Of a stretch of 64,000 nt of DNA, positions 20,294 through 28,273 are shown one piece after another. The translations under genes and the position numbers were made by a program. Every line of letters starts with the position of its first letter. Position 1 is the stretch's first letter. The DNA comes from Alphaproteobacteria bacterium. GTDB taxonomy: Bacteria > Desulfobacterota > Binatia > UBA12015. The stretch lies in assembly GCA_017853315.1 (NCBI GenBank), contig JAFMJW010000003.1:4537-68536 (forward strand), written 5' to 3'. The notes beneath the pieces are model-generated. The model worked only from the letters and a program-made list of their open reading frames with translations, did no database searches and was not told the DNA's origin.

Positions 20294-21426
20294 CTCGCCC
20301 GGACGCAGCGGCGGCAGGACGCCCGCTCCGCGTCCTGCTCGCGCAGACGAGCTTCCTCGGCGACGTCGTCCTGGCCACGCCGCTCGCCGAGGCGATCGCG
20401 GCGGCGATCCCGGGCGCGGACCTCCGGTGGCTCGTGCGCCCCGACGCAGCCGCGCTCGTGGCCCCCGCCGTCGGCCGCGACCGGGTGATCGCGTTCGACA
20501 AGCGCGGTGGTGCGGCCGGCGTGGCGGGGATCGTGCGCACGGCGCGCGCGGTCCGGGAGGCCGGATTCGACGCGGCGATCGCCGTGCAGCGCTCGCTCCG
20601 CACCGCGCTCGTCCTCGCACTCGCCGGCGTTCCCCGGCGCATCGGTTTCGCCGGCGCGCCCGGCGCTCCGTTCTACCACCGACGGGTCGTCGCATCGGGC
20701 CGGCACGCGCGCGATCGGCTCCTGTCGCTGGTCGAGGGGCTGGACGTGCCGCGGCCCGACCCGCCACCGGACCCGCGCCTCGTCGTCGATCCGGCGGCCT
20801 CCCGCGCGGTGGCGACGCTGCTCTCCGAGGCGGGGCTCGCCCCCTCGGATCGTCTCCTGGTCGTCGCGCCGGGCTCGGCCTGGGCGACCAAGCGCTGGCC
20901 CGCGCAGCGGTTCGGCTCGCTCGCCCGGGCGCTCGCGCCGGAGTTCGACGCCGTCGCGATCGTCGGGGCGGGCGGCGATGCCGCGCTCGCCGCGGCGGTC
21001 GTCCGCGGGCTCTCGGCGGGCGGAGGGAAGACCCCTCTCGCGATCGACCTGTGCGGCCGCACCGACACGGCCGGGCTCGTCGCGGCGATCGAGCGCTCGG
21101 GGCTCGTGGTCGCGAACGACAGCGCCGCGGGGCACGTCGCGGGCGCGCTCGGACGCCCGGTGGTCTCGCTGTTCGGCCCGACGGTGCCCGCGTTCGGCTT
21201 CGCCCCGATCGGCCCGCGCGTCCGCGTGGTCGAGCGGGATCTCGAGTGCCGCCCCTGCGCACGCCACGGCGGCGACGCCTGCCCGATCCGGACGCATGCC
21301 TGCATGGAGTCGATCGAGGTCGCGCAGGTCGCGGCGGCGGCGCGCGAGGCGCTCGCCGATCCGGGCCCGGGGATTCCCGCGGCGGGCGGCGTGGCGGCTC
21401 GGCGCACGTCCGGGGACCGGCCGTGA
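20290..21426 (+). CDS. Glycosyltransferase family 9 (LPS heptosyltransferase, WaaF-like); probable CTG start
   Basis: QTSFLGDVVL, APGSAWATKRWP, DLCGRT, ANDSAAGHVA, LFGPT, CRPC...C. Confidence 0.88.
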   Translation: MTRPDAAAAGRPLRVLLAQTSFLGDVVLATPLAEAIAAAIPGADLRWLVRPDAAALVAPAVGRDRVIAFDKRGGAAGVAGIVRTARAVREAGFDAAIAVQRSLRTALVLALAGVPRRIGFAGAPGAPFYHRRVVASGRHARDRLLSLVEGLDVPRPDPPPDPRLVVDPAASRAVATLLSEAGLAPSDRLLVVAPGSAWATKRWPAQRFGSLARALAPEFDAVAIVGAGGDAALAAAVVRGLSAGGGKTPLAIDLCGRTDTAGLVAAIERSGLVVANDSAAGHVAGALGRPVVSLFGPTVPAFGFAPIGPRVRVVERDLECRPCARHGGDACPIRTHACMESIEVAQVAAAAREALADPGPGIPAAGGVAARRTSGDRP

Positions 21427-22070
21427 GTTCGCCGCCGACGGTCGCCCTCCTCGCGGGCGAGCCCGCGAGCGATTCGCCGCTGCGGCCCGAGGATCTCGCG
21501 GACCGGGTCGCCTCGTTCGCCGACGGGGTCGGCTTGCGCGAGGTCCGCGAGCTTTCGGCCGACTCCGAGCTGCTGTGGCTTCCGCCGTGGGCCTTCCTCG
21601 ACCAGGCGCTCGCCCGGTCGATCGAGCGCTTCCGGGCCGGCCCGGCGACGGTCGCCGCGACGGCGGCGTTGCTGCGCGACCCGGATGCGACGATCCGCCT
21701 GCCGCGCGCCGTGCTGCTCGCGAAGCCGGGCGCGGTCGAGGTGCGTGCAACGGGCCTTGCCGCGCGCCCCGGCGTGGCCGTCGTCGAATTCGAGGGAAAC
21801 CTCGAGGCGAGGCCTCCCGGGCTCTCCGCCCACCTGCGCGGCATCGACCGCCAGGCGGCGACCTTCGCGCGGCTGCTCGAGGAGGCGGGCGAGCGACCGG
21901 GCAGGGTGCGTCTCGCACTCGTGCCGCTGGGCCGGCTCGCGGCGGCGATGCTCCGCTCTTCCGGGGACCGGCGTGCGGCACTCGCGCGCGCGACGCTCGA
22001 GTCGTTCCGCGAGGTGCTCGTTCAGGCGAAGCTCTGGGAGCGGTCGTCGGTCGATGCGGGGGTGCCGTGA
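21423..22070 (+). CDS. Hypothetical protein, degenerate GT2-like
   Basis: Fills the gap exactly with GTGA overlaps at both ends; patchy similarity to the GT2 domain at 23605-24363. Confidence 0.65.
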   Translation: MSSPPTVALLAGEPASDSPLRPEDLADRVASFADGVGLREVRELSADSELLWLPPWAFLDQALARSIERFRAGPATVAATAALLRDPDATIRLPRAVLLAKPGAVEVRATGLAARPGVAVVEFEGNLEARPPGLSAHLRGIDRQAATFARLLEEAGERPGRVRLALVPLGRLAAAMLRSSGDRRAALARATLESFREVLVQAKLWERSSVDAGVP

Positions 22071-22816
22071 GCCCCGTGTCGTCGTCGTCGCGGCTCGCCG
22101 GGGACGCGCTCGTCCGGGTCGCCGAGGGCGTCTGGTCGGTTCCCGGCTGCGACGACGAGGCGCTCTCCTGGCGCGAGTCCCTCGACGCGCCGCCGCCGCC
22201 GCCGGAGCCCGGCACGGCGGGGCGAGGCGGGGCCAGGCCCGTGCCGCTGCCGGGCGGTGGCCGCGGATGGCTCAAGGCGTACCGCCACGGCGGCCTCCTG
22301 CGGGGGCTGCTCGGCGAGGTCTACTGGGAGCGTCCGGAGCGCCCGCTTCGCGAGGCGTCGGCGATCGCGGCGGCGCGAACCTGCGGCGTGCTCGTGCCCG
22401 AGGTGCTGGCCGCGATCGTCCTGCCGCTTCCGCCGCCGCTCGGGCGGCTCTACCGCGCGGGACTCGTCACGCGGGAGATCCCCGCGCGGCGATCGCTCGC
22501 GGAGGCTCTGCGCACGACTCCCGGGAGCGCGGCGCGGGCGGAGATCGTCGGTCGCTGCTGGGACGTGATGCGTAGACTGCACGACGGCGGCGTGCGGCAC
22601 CGGGACGCGAACGCGACCAACTTCCTGGTCGGCGAGCCCGCGGACGACGTCGCCCTGATCGACTTCGACGGCGCGGTGGTGGGCGACGGCCCGGTCGGCG
22701 AGCGCGGTCGGCTGTTCGCCCGACGCCGGCTCGCTCGGTCGGTCGCGAAACTCGGGCTCCCCGGGCTCGATCGGCGCGGGGTCAAGGCGATCCTCGACGC
22801 GAGGGACTCGCGGTGA
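22067..22816 (+). CDS. LPS kinase, Kdo kinase (KdkA)-like
   Basis: WLKAYRHGGLL, LHDGGVRHRDANATNFL, LIDFD, RLARSVAK. Confidence 0.8.
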   Translation: MSPVSSSSRLAGDALVRVAEGVWSVPGCDDEALSWRESLDAPPPPPEPGTAGRGGARPVPLPGGGRGWLKAYRHGGLLRGLLGEVYWERPERPLREASAIAAARTCGVLVPEVLAAIVLPLPPPLGRLYRAGLVTREIPARRSLAEALRTTPGSAARAEIVGRCWDVMRRLHDGGVRHRDANATNFLVGEPADDVALIDFDGAVVGDGPVGERGRLFARRRLARSVAKLGLPGLDRRGVKAILDARDSR

Positions 22817-24363
22817 GCGTCGGCGATCCCTGGCGCGGCGACACGGTCGTCGCGCTCGCTCTCGCGATGGCCGCGGGCTCCCCGGGCGAGGGCCGCGTGC
22901 TCAAGCGGGGCCGCCGCGGCTCGGTGGTCTGGCTCGACGGCGCCGGACCCGACGGCGAGGCGGTGGTGGTGAAGACGTCCCGGCAGGACGGCGTGCGCCG
23001 CCTCGCGGCCCGGTTCGTGGGTTCGCCGGCGGAGCGGCAGATGCGGGCCGCGCGCGCTCTCGCGGCGGCAGGAGTCGGCACGCCGGTCCCGCTCGCGGCG
23101 GTCGACCGGGTCGGCCCGGACGGCGCGACGAGCAGCTTCGTCGCCCGCGCGGAGGCCGAGGCCCAGCCTCTGGATGCATTCCTGCCCGGGATCGACGGGG
23201 GCGATCGCAAGGTCTTCGCCCGCGAACTGGGTCGCTTCCTCGCCGCGGTCCATCGCAGCGGCGTGTGGGTGCCGGACCTGCGGGACAAGAACCTGCTCGC
23301 GGCGCGCGTTCCGGGCGGCGGCTTCCGCTTCTCGATCGTCGACCTCGACCGCGCGCGCACGGTGTCGCGCGCCCTCTCCTGGCGGCGGCGACGCCGCAGC
23401 CTCGTGCAGCTCGACCGGACGCTCGGCTGGATCGCGACCGAGCGCGAGCGCATCGCGACCGCGGTCGCCTACTGGCGGGCCTGGCCGCGCCCGCGCCCGC
23501 CTCTCGGCCCGATGGTCGGCGAGATCGACGCCGTGCGCCGGCGCAAGGACGCGCAGGTCGCCCGGCGGCGCGCGCGCGCCGGGATCGTCCCCGAGGAGCG
23601 CCAGAAGCTCTCCTGCATCGTCGTGACCGGCAACGAGATGGCGCACATCCGCGGCTGCCTCGAGAGCGTGTCGTTCGCGGACGAGGTGGTGGTCGTCGAC
23701 TCGTTCTCGACCGACGGCACGTGGGACGTGTGCCGGGAGTTCACGCCGCGGGTCCTGCGACGGGCGTGGACCGGGTACCGCGACCAGAAGGCCTTCGCCC
23801 TCTCGCAGTCCACCCATCCGTGGATCCTGAACGTCGATGCCGACGAGCGGGTGTCGCCGGAGCTCCGGGCGGACGTCGAGAGGGTGCTCACGAGCGACGG
23901 CCGGGGCTACGACGGCTTCGAGATCCCGCGGCTCGTGCACTACCTCGGGCGCTGGTGGCGTTACGGCGGCTGGTATCCCGACCTCCGGCTGCGGCTGTTC
24001 CGCCGCGAGCGCGCGACCTGGGGCGGCACCGACCCGCACGAGCACGTGATCCTGCGCGGCCGGATCGGCCGCCTCGACTCCCCACTCTGGCACTTCACCT
24101 ACGACGACGTCGCCGACCACGTGTCGACGATCGACCGCTTCACGACCATCGCGAGCCGCAGCGGGACGCGACCCCCGCGACGCGCCTCGTGGGGCTCGCT
24201 CGTCCTGCGGCCGGCGGGGCGCTTCCTGCGCTTCTACCTGCTGAAGGGTGGTTTCCGCATGGGCTTTCCCGGGCTGTTCGCGGGGATCTCGGCCGCGGTC
24301 TACGGGCACCTGAAGTACGCCAAGCGCGACGAACGGGCCCGCGCTCGGACGGAGGCGCCGTGA
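22813..24363 (+). CDS. Fused LPS kinase-like domain + glycosyltransferase family 2
   Basis: N-terminal VVVK, PVPLA, VHRSGVWVPDLRDKNLL, IVDLD; C-terminal NEMAHIRGCLESVSFADEVVVVDSFSTDGT, VDADERVSPEL, GGWYPD, HE. Confidence 0.85.
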   Translation: MSVGDPWRGDTVVALALAMAAGSPGEGRVLKRGRRGSVVWLDGAGPDGEAVVVKTSRQDGVRRLAARFVGSPAERQMRAARALAAAGVGTPVPLAAVDRVGPDGATSSFVARAEAEAQPLDAFLPGIDGGDRKVFARELGRFLAAVHRSGVWVPDLRDKNLLAARVPGGGFRFSIVDLDRARTVSRALSWRRRRRSLVQLDRTLGWIATERERIATAVAYWRAWPRPRPPLGPMVGEIDAVRRRKDAQVARRRARAGIVPEERQKLSCIVVTGNEMAHIRGCLESVSFADEVVVVDSFSTDGTWDVCREFTPRVLRRAWTGYRDQKAFALSQSTHPWILNVDADERVSPELRADVERVLTSDGRGYDGFEIPRLVHYLGRWWRYGGWYPDLRLRLFRRERATWGGTDPHEHVILRGRIGRLDSPLWHFTYDDVADHVSTIDRFTTIASRSGTRPPRRASWGSLVLRPAGRFLRFYLLKGGFRMGFPGLFAGISAAVYGHLKYAKRDERARARTEAP

Positions 24364-25457
24364 GGCCGGCGAGCGTCCTGCACGTCGATCCCGAGCGGGG
24401 CTTCAGCGGCGGCGAGACCCAAGTGCTGGCGCTCGCGGAGGAGCTTCTTCGCATGGGCGTCCGCGGCTGGATCGCCTGCGATCCCGCGGGCGGGCTCGCC
24501 GCCCGGGCCCGGGCGTGCGGGATCGACGTCGTGGATCTTCGGGTCCGACGCGGGCACGACCCGGGGGCGGGGCTCCGGCTCCGCGCGATCGTGCGGGAGC
24601 GCCGGCCCGAGGTGGTCCACTTCCACACCGCCCGCGCGCTCACGCTCGCGCCGTTCGTGCCGCGCCCCGCGTTTCGCGTCGTGACGCGACGGATGGACCA
24701 GGCGCCCCGCGGCGCCGGTGCCTACGTGCGCTGGCTCTACGCCCGGGTCGACGCGATCATCGCGATCTCGACTGCGGCTCGCGGAGGCCTCGTCGCGCGT
24801 GGCGTGCCCGCGGCTCGCATCGATCTCGTGCACAGCGGCGTCGACGTCTCGCGCTTCGCCGGGCTGCCGGGTCGCGACGCGGCGGCCCGCGAGGCGATGG
24901 AGGTGCCGGCCGGTCGGTCCGTGGTGGCGATCGTCGCACAACTGCACCGCCGCAAGGGGCACGACGTCCTGCTCCACGCCCTCGCCCGGATGCCGCGGGA
25001 GGGAAGGCCGCTCTGCCTCGCGGCGGGGACGGGGCCCGAGGGGGACGCGTTGCTCGACCTCTCCCGTTCGCTCGGCCTCTCTTCCGAGGTCCGCTGGCTC
25101 GGGCAGGTGGCCGACGTGCGAGGTGTGCTGCGCGCCGCGGACGTGGTCGCGATGCCGTCGCGGGCCGAGGGGCTCGGGGTCGCCGCGATCGAGGCACTCG
25201 CGGCGGCCCGGCCGCTCGTGGCGAGCGCGGTGGGCGGCTTGCCGGAGATCGTCCGCGACGGGATCGAAGGCGTGCTCGTGCCGCCGGAGGACGCGGGGGC
25301 GCTCGGCACGGCACTGGCGCGCTGTCTCTCGGACGAGGGCCTGCGGGAGCGCATGGGGGAGGCCGGGCTGCGTCGCGCGGCGGCCTTCTCGACGGCGGCG
25401 ATGGCGCGGGGAACCCTCGCGGTGTACGAACGCCTGCTCGCACGGCCGGTCCGCTAG
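24360..25457 (+). CDS. Glycosyltransferase family 4
   Basis: GFSGGETQV, RKGHDVL, PSRAEGLGVAAIEALA, VGGLPEIV. Confidence 0.9.
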   Translation: MRPASVLHVDPERGFSGGETQVLALAEELLRMGVRGWIACDPAGGLAARARACGIDVVDLRVRRGHDPGAGLRLRAIVRERRPEVVHFHTARALTLAPFVPRPAFRVVTRRMDQAPRGAGAYVRWLYARVDAIIAISTAARGGLVARGVPAARIDLVHSGVDVSRFAGLPGRDAAAREAMEVPAGRSVVAIVAQLHRRKGHDVLLHALARMPREGRPLCLAAGTGPEGDALLDLSRSLGLSSEVRWLGQVADVRGVLRAADVVAMPSRAEGLGVAAIEALAAARPLVASAVGGLPEIVRDGIEGVLVPPEDAGALGTALARCLSDEGLRERMGEAGLRRAAAFSTAAMARGTLAVYERLLARPVR

Positions 25458-25536
25458 GGCGGGCGCGAGTCGCGAACCCGCGACGGCGCCGATGCCCGGG
25501 AGTTCGCATCCGGCCGGACGGAGCGTCCGAGGGAGC

Positions 25537-26721
25537 ATGGCGAGCCGCCGATCGAAGACCGGGAGCACCGCGCCGACGGACGCGCGACGCGCGCGACGAC
25601 CGGCCGCGGGACGCTCCCGTGGCGCGGCTCGCGACCGCCTCGGCCGCCTCGTGCTCCGCTTCGCGGGCGCGCGGGTGCTGGTCGTCGGCGACCTGATGCT
25701 CGACCGCTTCGTCCGCGGGGACGTCTGGCGGATCTCGCCGGAGGCGCCGGTGCCGGTCGTGCAGGTGCGGTCCGAGGACGTGCATCCCGGCGGGGCGGGC
25801 AACGTGGTGGCGAACCTCGCCGCCCTCGGCGCGCGGCCGGCCGTGGTCGGGTGGGTCGGGCGCGACGCGGCCGGGCGCGAACTGCGCTCGCTGCTCGAAG
25901 AGCTCGGCGCCGACGCCTCGGGGGTGGTCGCCTCCGACGGCGTCGTCACGATCGAGAAGACGCGGATCGTCGCCCACGCGCAGCAGATGGTCCGGCTCGA
26001 CCGGGAGCCGACGCGGCCGGGCGAGGCCCTGCGCCGGGCCGTGGTCGAGCGCGTCGTCCGCTCGCTCGGGCGCGCCGACGCCGTCGTGGTGTCCGACTAC
26101 GGCAAGGGCGCGATCGGGCCCGAGCTCCTCGGACGCCTCGGCGACGAGCGCACGCGCGGCCGTCGTCCGCTCCTGATCGACCCCAAGCAGTCGAACTTCG
26201 CGCACTACCGCGGCGCGACGCTCGTCAAGCCGAACGCGATGGAAGCGCGCGAGGCCACCGGGATCGCGATCGTGGACGACGCCACGCTCGAGGCGGCGGG
26301 GGCCGACCTGATCGAGCGCTGGGCCTGCGAGAACGTCCTGCTGTCGCGCGGGGAGCACGGGATCTCGTTGTTTCGACGCGGGCGCGGATCGGCGCACTTC
26401 CCGACCGCGGCCCGGGAGGTGTTCGACGTGACCGGAGCCGGCGACACCGTCATCGCCGTGGCGGCGCTGGCGCTCGCGCGCGGCGGGAGCCCCGAAGAGG
26501 CGGCGTGGCTCGCGAACGTCGCGGCAGGCGTCGTGGTCGGCAAGGTGGGAACCGCGACGCTCGACGGGGGCGAACTGCTCCGCGCCGTCGACGAGGCGCT
26601 GGCCGCGGGCATGGACGCGCCGGGAGCGAAGGCCGGTCGCGCGATCCCGGCGGGGGGCTCGGGCGCGCGACGCGCGGCACGGACGGGGACGGCCGGGCGC
26701 GGGACGGGGAGAGCGACGTGA
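25537..26721 (+). CDS. rfaE1: D-glycero-D-manno-heptose-7-phosphate kinase (stand-alone HldE kinase domain)
   Basis: VVGDLMLDRF..RISPEAPVPVV, GGAGNV, SDYGKG, IDPK, VFDVTGAGDTV. Confidence 0.92.
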   Translation: MASRRSKTGSTAPTDARRARRPAAGRSRGAARDRLGRLVLRFAGARVLVVGDLMLDRFVRGDVWRISPEAPVPVVQVRSEDVHPGGAGNVVANLAALGARPAVVGWVGRDAAGRELRSLLEELGADASGVVASDGVVTIEKTRIVAHAQQMVRLDREPTRPGEALRRAVVERVVRSLGRADAVVVSDYGKGAIGPELLGRLGDERTRGRRPLLIDPKQSNFAHYRGATLVKPNAMEAREATGIAIVDDATLEAAGADLIERWACENVLLSRGEHGISLFRRGRGSAHFPTAAREVFDVTGAGDTVIAVAALALARGGSPEEAAWLANVAAGVVVGKVGTATLDGGELLRAVDEALAAGMDAPGAKAGRAIPAGGSGARRAARTGTAGRGTGRAT

Positions 26722-27596
26722 AGAGCATGACCGGGTTCGGCAGCGCGGCGGCCACGGTGTCCGGGGGGCGCCTGGTCGCCGAGGTGCGGAGCGTGAACGC
26801 GCGCTTCCTCGACCTGAAGATCTCGCTCCCGCGCGAGCACGCGTCGGTCGAGGGCGAGGTCCGCGAGTCGGTGCAGGCCGCGATCGAACGCGGTCGGGTC
26901 GAGGTGTCGGTCCGGCGGGAGGGCGCCGCGAAGCGGCGCTCCCGGGTCGAGGTCGATCTCGACCTGGCGCGGGCCCATGCCGAAGCCTGGCGCAAGGTCC
27001 AGCAGGCGCTCGGTCTCTCGGGCGGCGTGGACCTGGCGCTGCTGCGGGCGAGCGGCTCCGAGATCGTCCGGGTGGTCGATGCGCCCGTCGACCCGGCCGA
27101 CGAGCAGCCGGCGCTGCGTCGGGCGGTTTCGAAGGCTCTCGTGGCGCATGCCCGCGACCGCGCACGCGAGGGGGCCCATCTCCGCGACGACATGCGCAAG
27201 CGCCTCGACGCGATCGACGGGCTGCGCTCCGACTGCATGCGCGAGGCGGGCAGACTGCGCGGCCATCTCGCCGAGCGCCTGACGAACCGGGTCGCCGCGC
27301 TCCTCGGCGGGCAGGCGCCCGACCCGGCGCGCATCGTGCAGGAGGTGGCGATCGCGCTCGAGCGCAGCGACTTCACCGAGGAGCTGACCCGGCTGGGCAG
27401 CCACGTCGACGCGTTCCGCAAGCTGCTGCGCGAGGCCGCTCCCGTCGGCAAGCGCATCGAGTTCCTCCTGCAGGAGATGCTGCGCGAGGTGAACACGATC
27501 GGCTCCAAGGCGGGCCACCTGCCGGTCACGCAGGCGGTGCTCGCCGCCAAGGGCGAGCTCGAGAAGTTGCGCGAGCAGGCGGCGAACGTGGAATGA
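26718..27596 (+). CDS. yicC: YicC/YloC family endoribonuclease
   Basis: KSMTGFG, EVRSVNARFLD, EELTRLGSH, EMLREVNTIGSK, REQAANVE. Confidence 0.93.
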   Translation: MKSMTGFGSAAATVSGGRLVAEVRSVNARFLDLKISLPREHASVEGEVRESVQAAIERGRVEVSVRREGAAKRRSRVEVDLDLARAHAEAWRKVQQALGLSGGVDLALLRASGSEIVRVVDAPVDPADEQPALRRAVSKALVAHARDRAREGAHLRDDMRKRLDAIDGLRSDCMREAGRLRGHLAERLTNRVAALLGGQAPDPARIVQEVAIALERSDFTEELTRLGSHVDAFRKLLREAAPVGKRIEFLLQEMLREVNTIGSKAGHLPVTQAVLAAKGELEKLREQAANVE

Positions 27597-28210
27597 GCGA
27601 GTTGCGGGAAGCCTCGGACGCTCGCCGCGGGGTCCTGTTCGTCGTCTCGGCGCCCTCGGGCGCGGGCAAGACGACGCTCGTGCGCTCGGCGCTCGAGAGG
27701 CTGCCCGACCTCGAGCTCTCCGTCTCGTTCACGACCCGGCGTCCCCGCGTCGGCGAGGTCGACGGCCGGGACTACTTCTTCGTCGAGGAGGGCGAGTTCG
27801 TGCGCCGGCTCGCGGCGGGCGAGTTCGTCGAGTGGGCGTCGGTGTTCGACCACTCCTACGCGACCCCGCGGGCGCCGCTCGACGCGGCGATCGCGGCCGG
27901 GCACGACGTCCTGCTCGACGTCGACATCCAGGGCGCCCGCTCGATCAAGGCGGCCTACCCCCGCGACGCGGTCGGCGTGTTCGTCGTGCCGCCGTCGCTC
28001 GACGAGCTCGAGGTCCGGCTGCGGGCGCGCGGCACCGATGGCGAGGAGCAGGTGCGACGGCGCCTCGAGCGCGCCCGCCTCGAGCTCCAGGCGCTCGCCG
28101 AGCCCGGCATCTACGACTACCGCGTGGTGAACCGCGAGCGCGCCCGGGCGGGCGAGGACCTGCGATCGATCATCCTCGCCGAGCGCTGCCGCAACGACCG
28201 GGCTCGCTGA
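27593..28210 (+). CDS. gmk: Guanylate kinase
   Basis: SAPSGAGKTT, TTRRPRVGEVDGRDYFFV, DVDIQGA. Confidence 0.95.
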   Translation: MSELREASDARRGVLFVVSAPSGAGKTTLVRSALERLPDLELSVSFTTRRPRVGEVDGRDYFFVEEGEFVRRLAAGEFVEWASVFDHSYATPRAPLDAAIAAGHDVLLDVDIQGARSIKAAYPRDAVGVFVVPPSLDELEVRLRARGTDGEEQVRRRLERARLELQALAEPGIYDYRVVNRERARAGEDLRSIILAERCRNDRAR

Positions 28211-28236
28211 GCGACCGGCCGGGCGGTCGCCGCTGC

Positions 28237-28265
28237 TTGCGGGCCGGCGGCGCCGGCCCTAGGCT
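28237..28265 (+). promoter_or_regulatory. Putative sigma70 promoter of rel (likely leaderless)
   Basis: TTGCGG-N17-TAGGCT, 8 nt before GTG 28274, no SD sequence. Confidence 0.6.
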
Positions 28266-28273
28266 TTCCCCGC

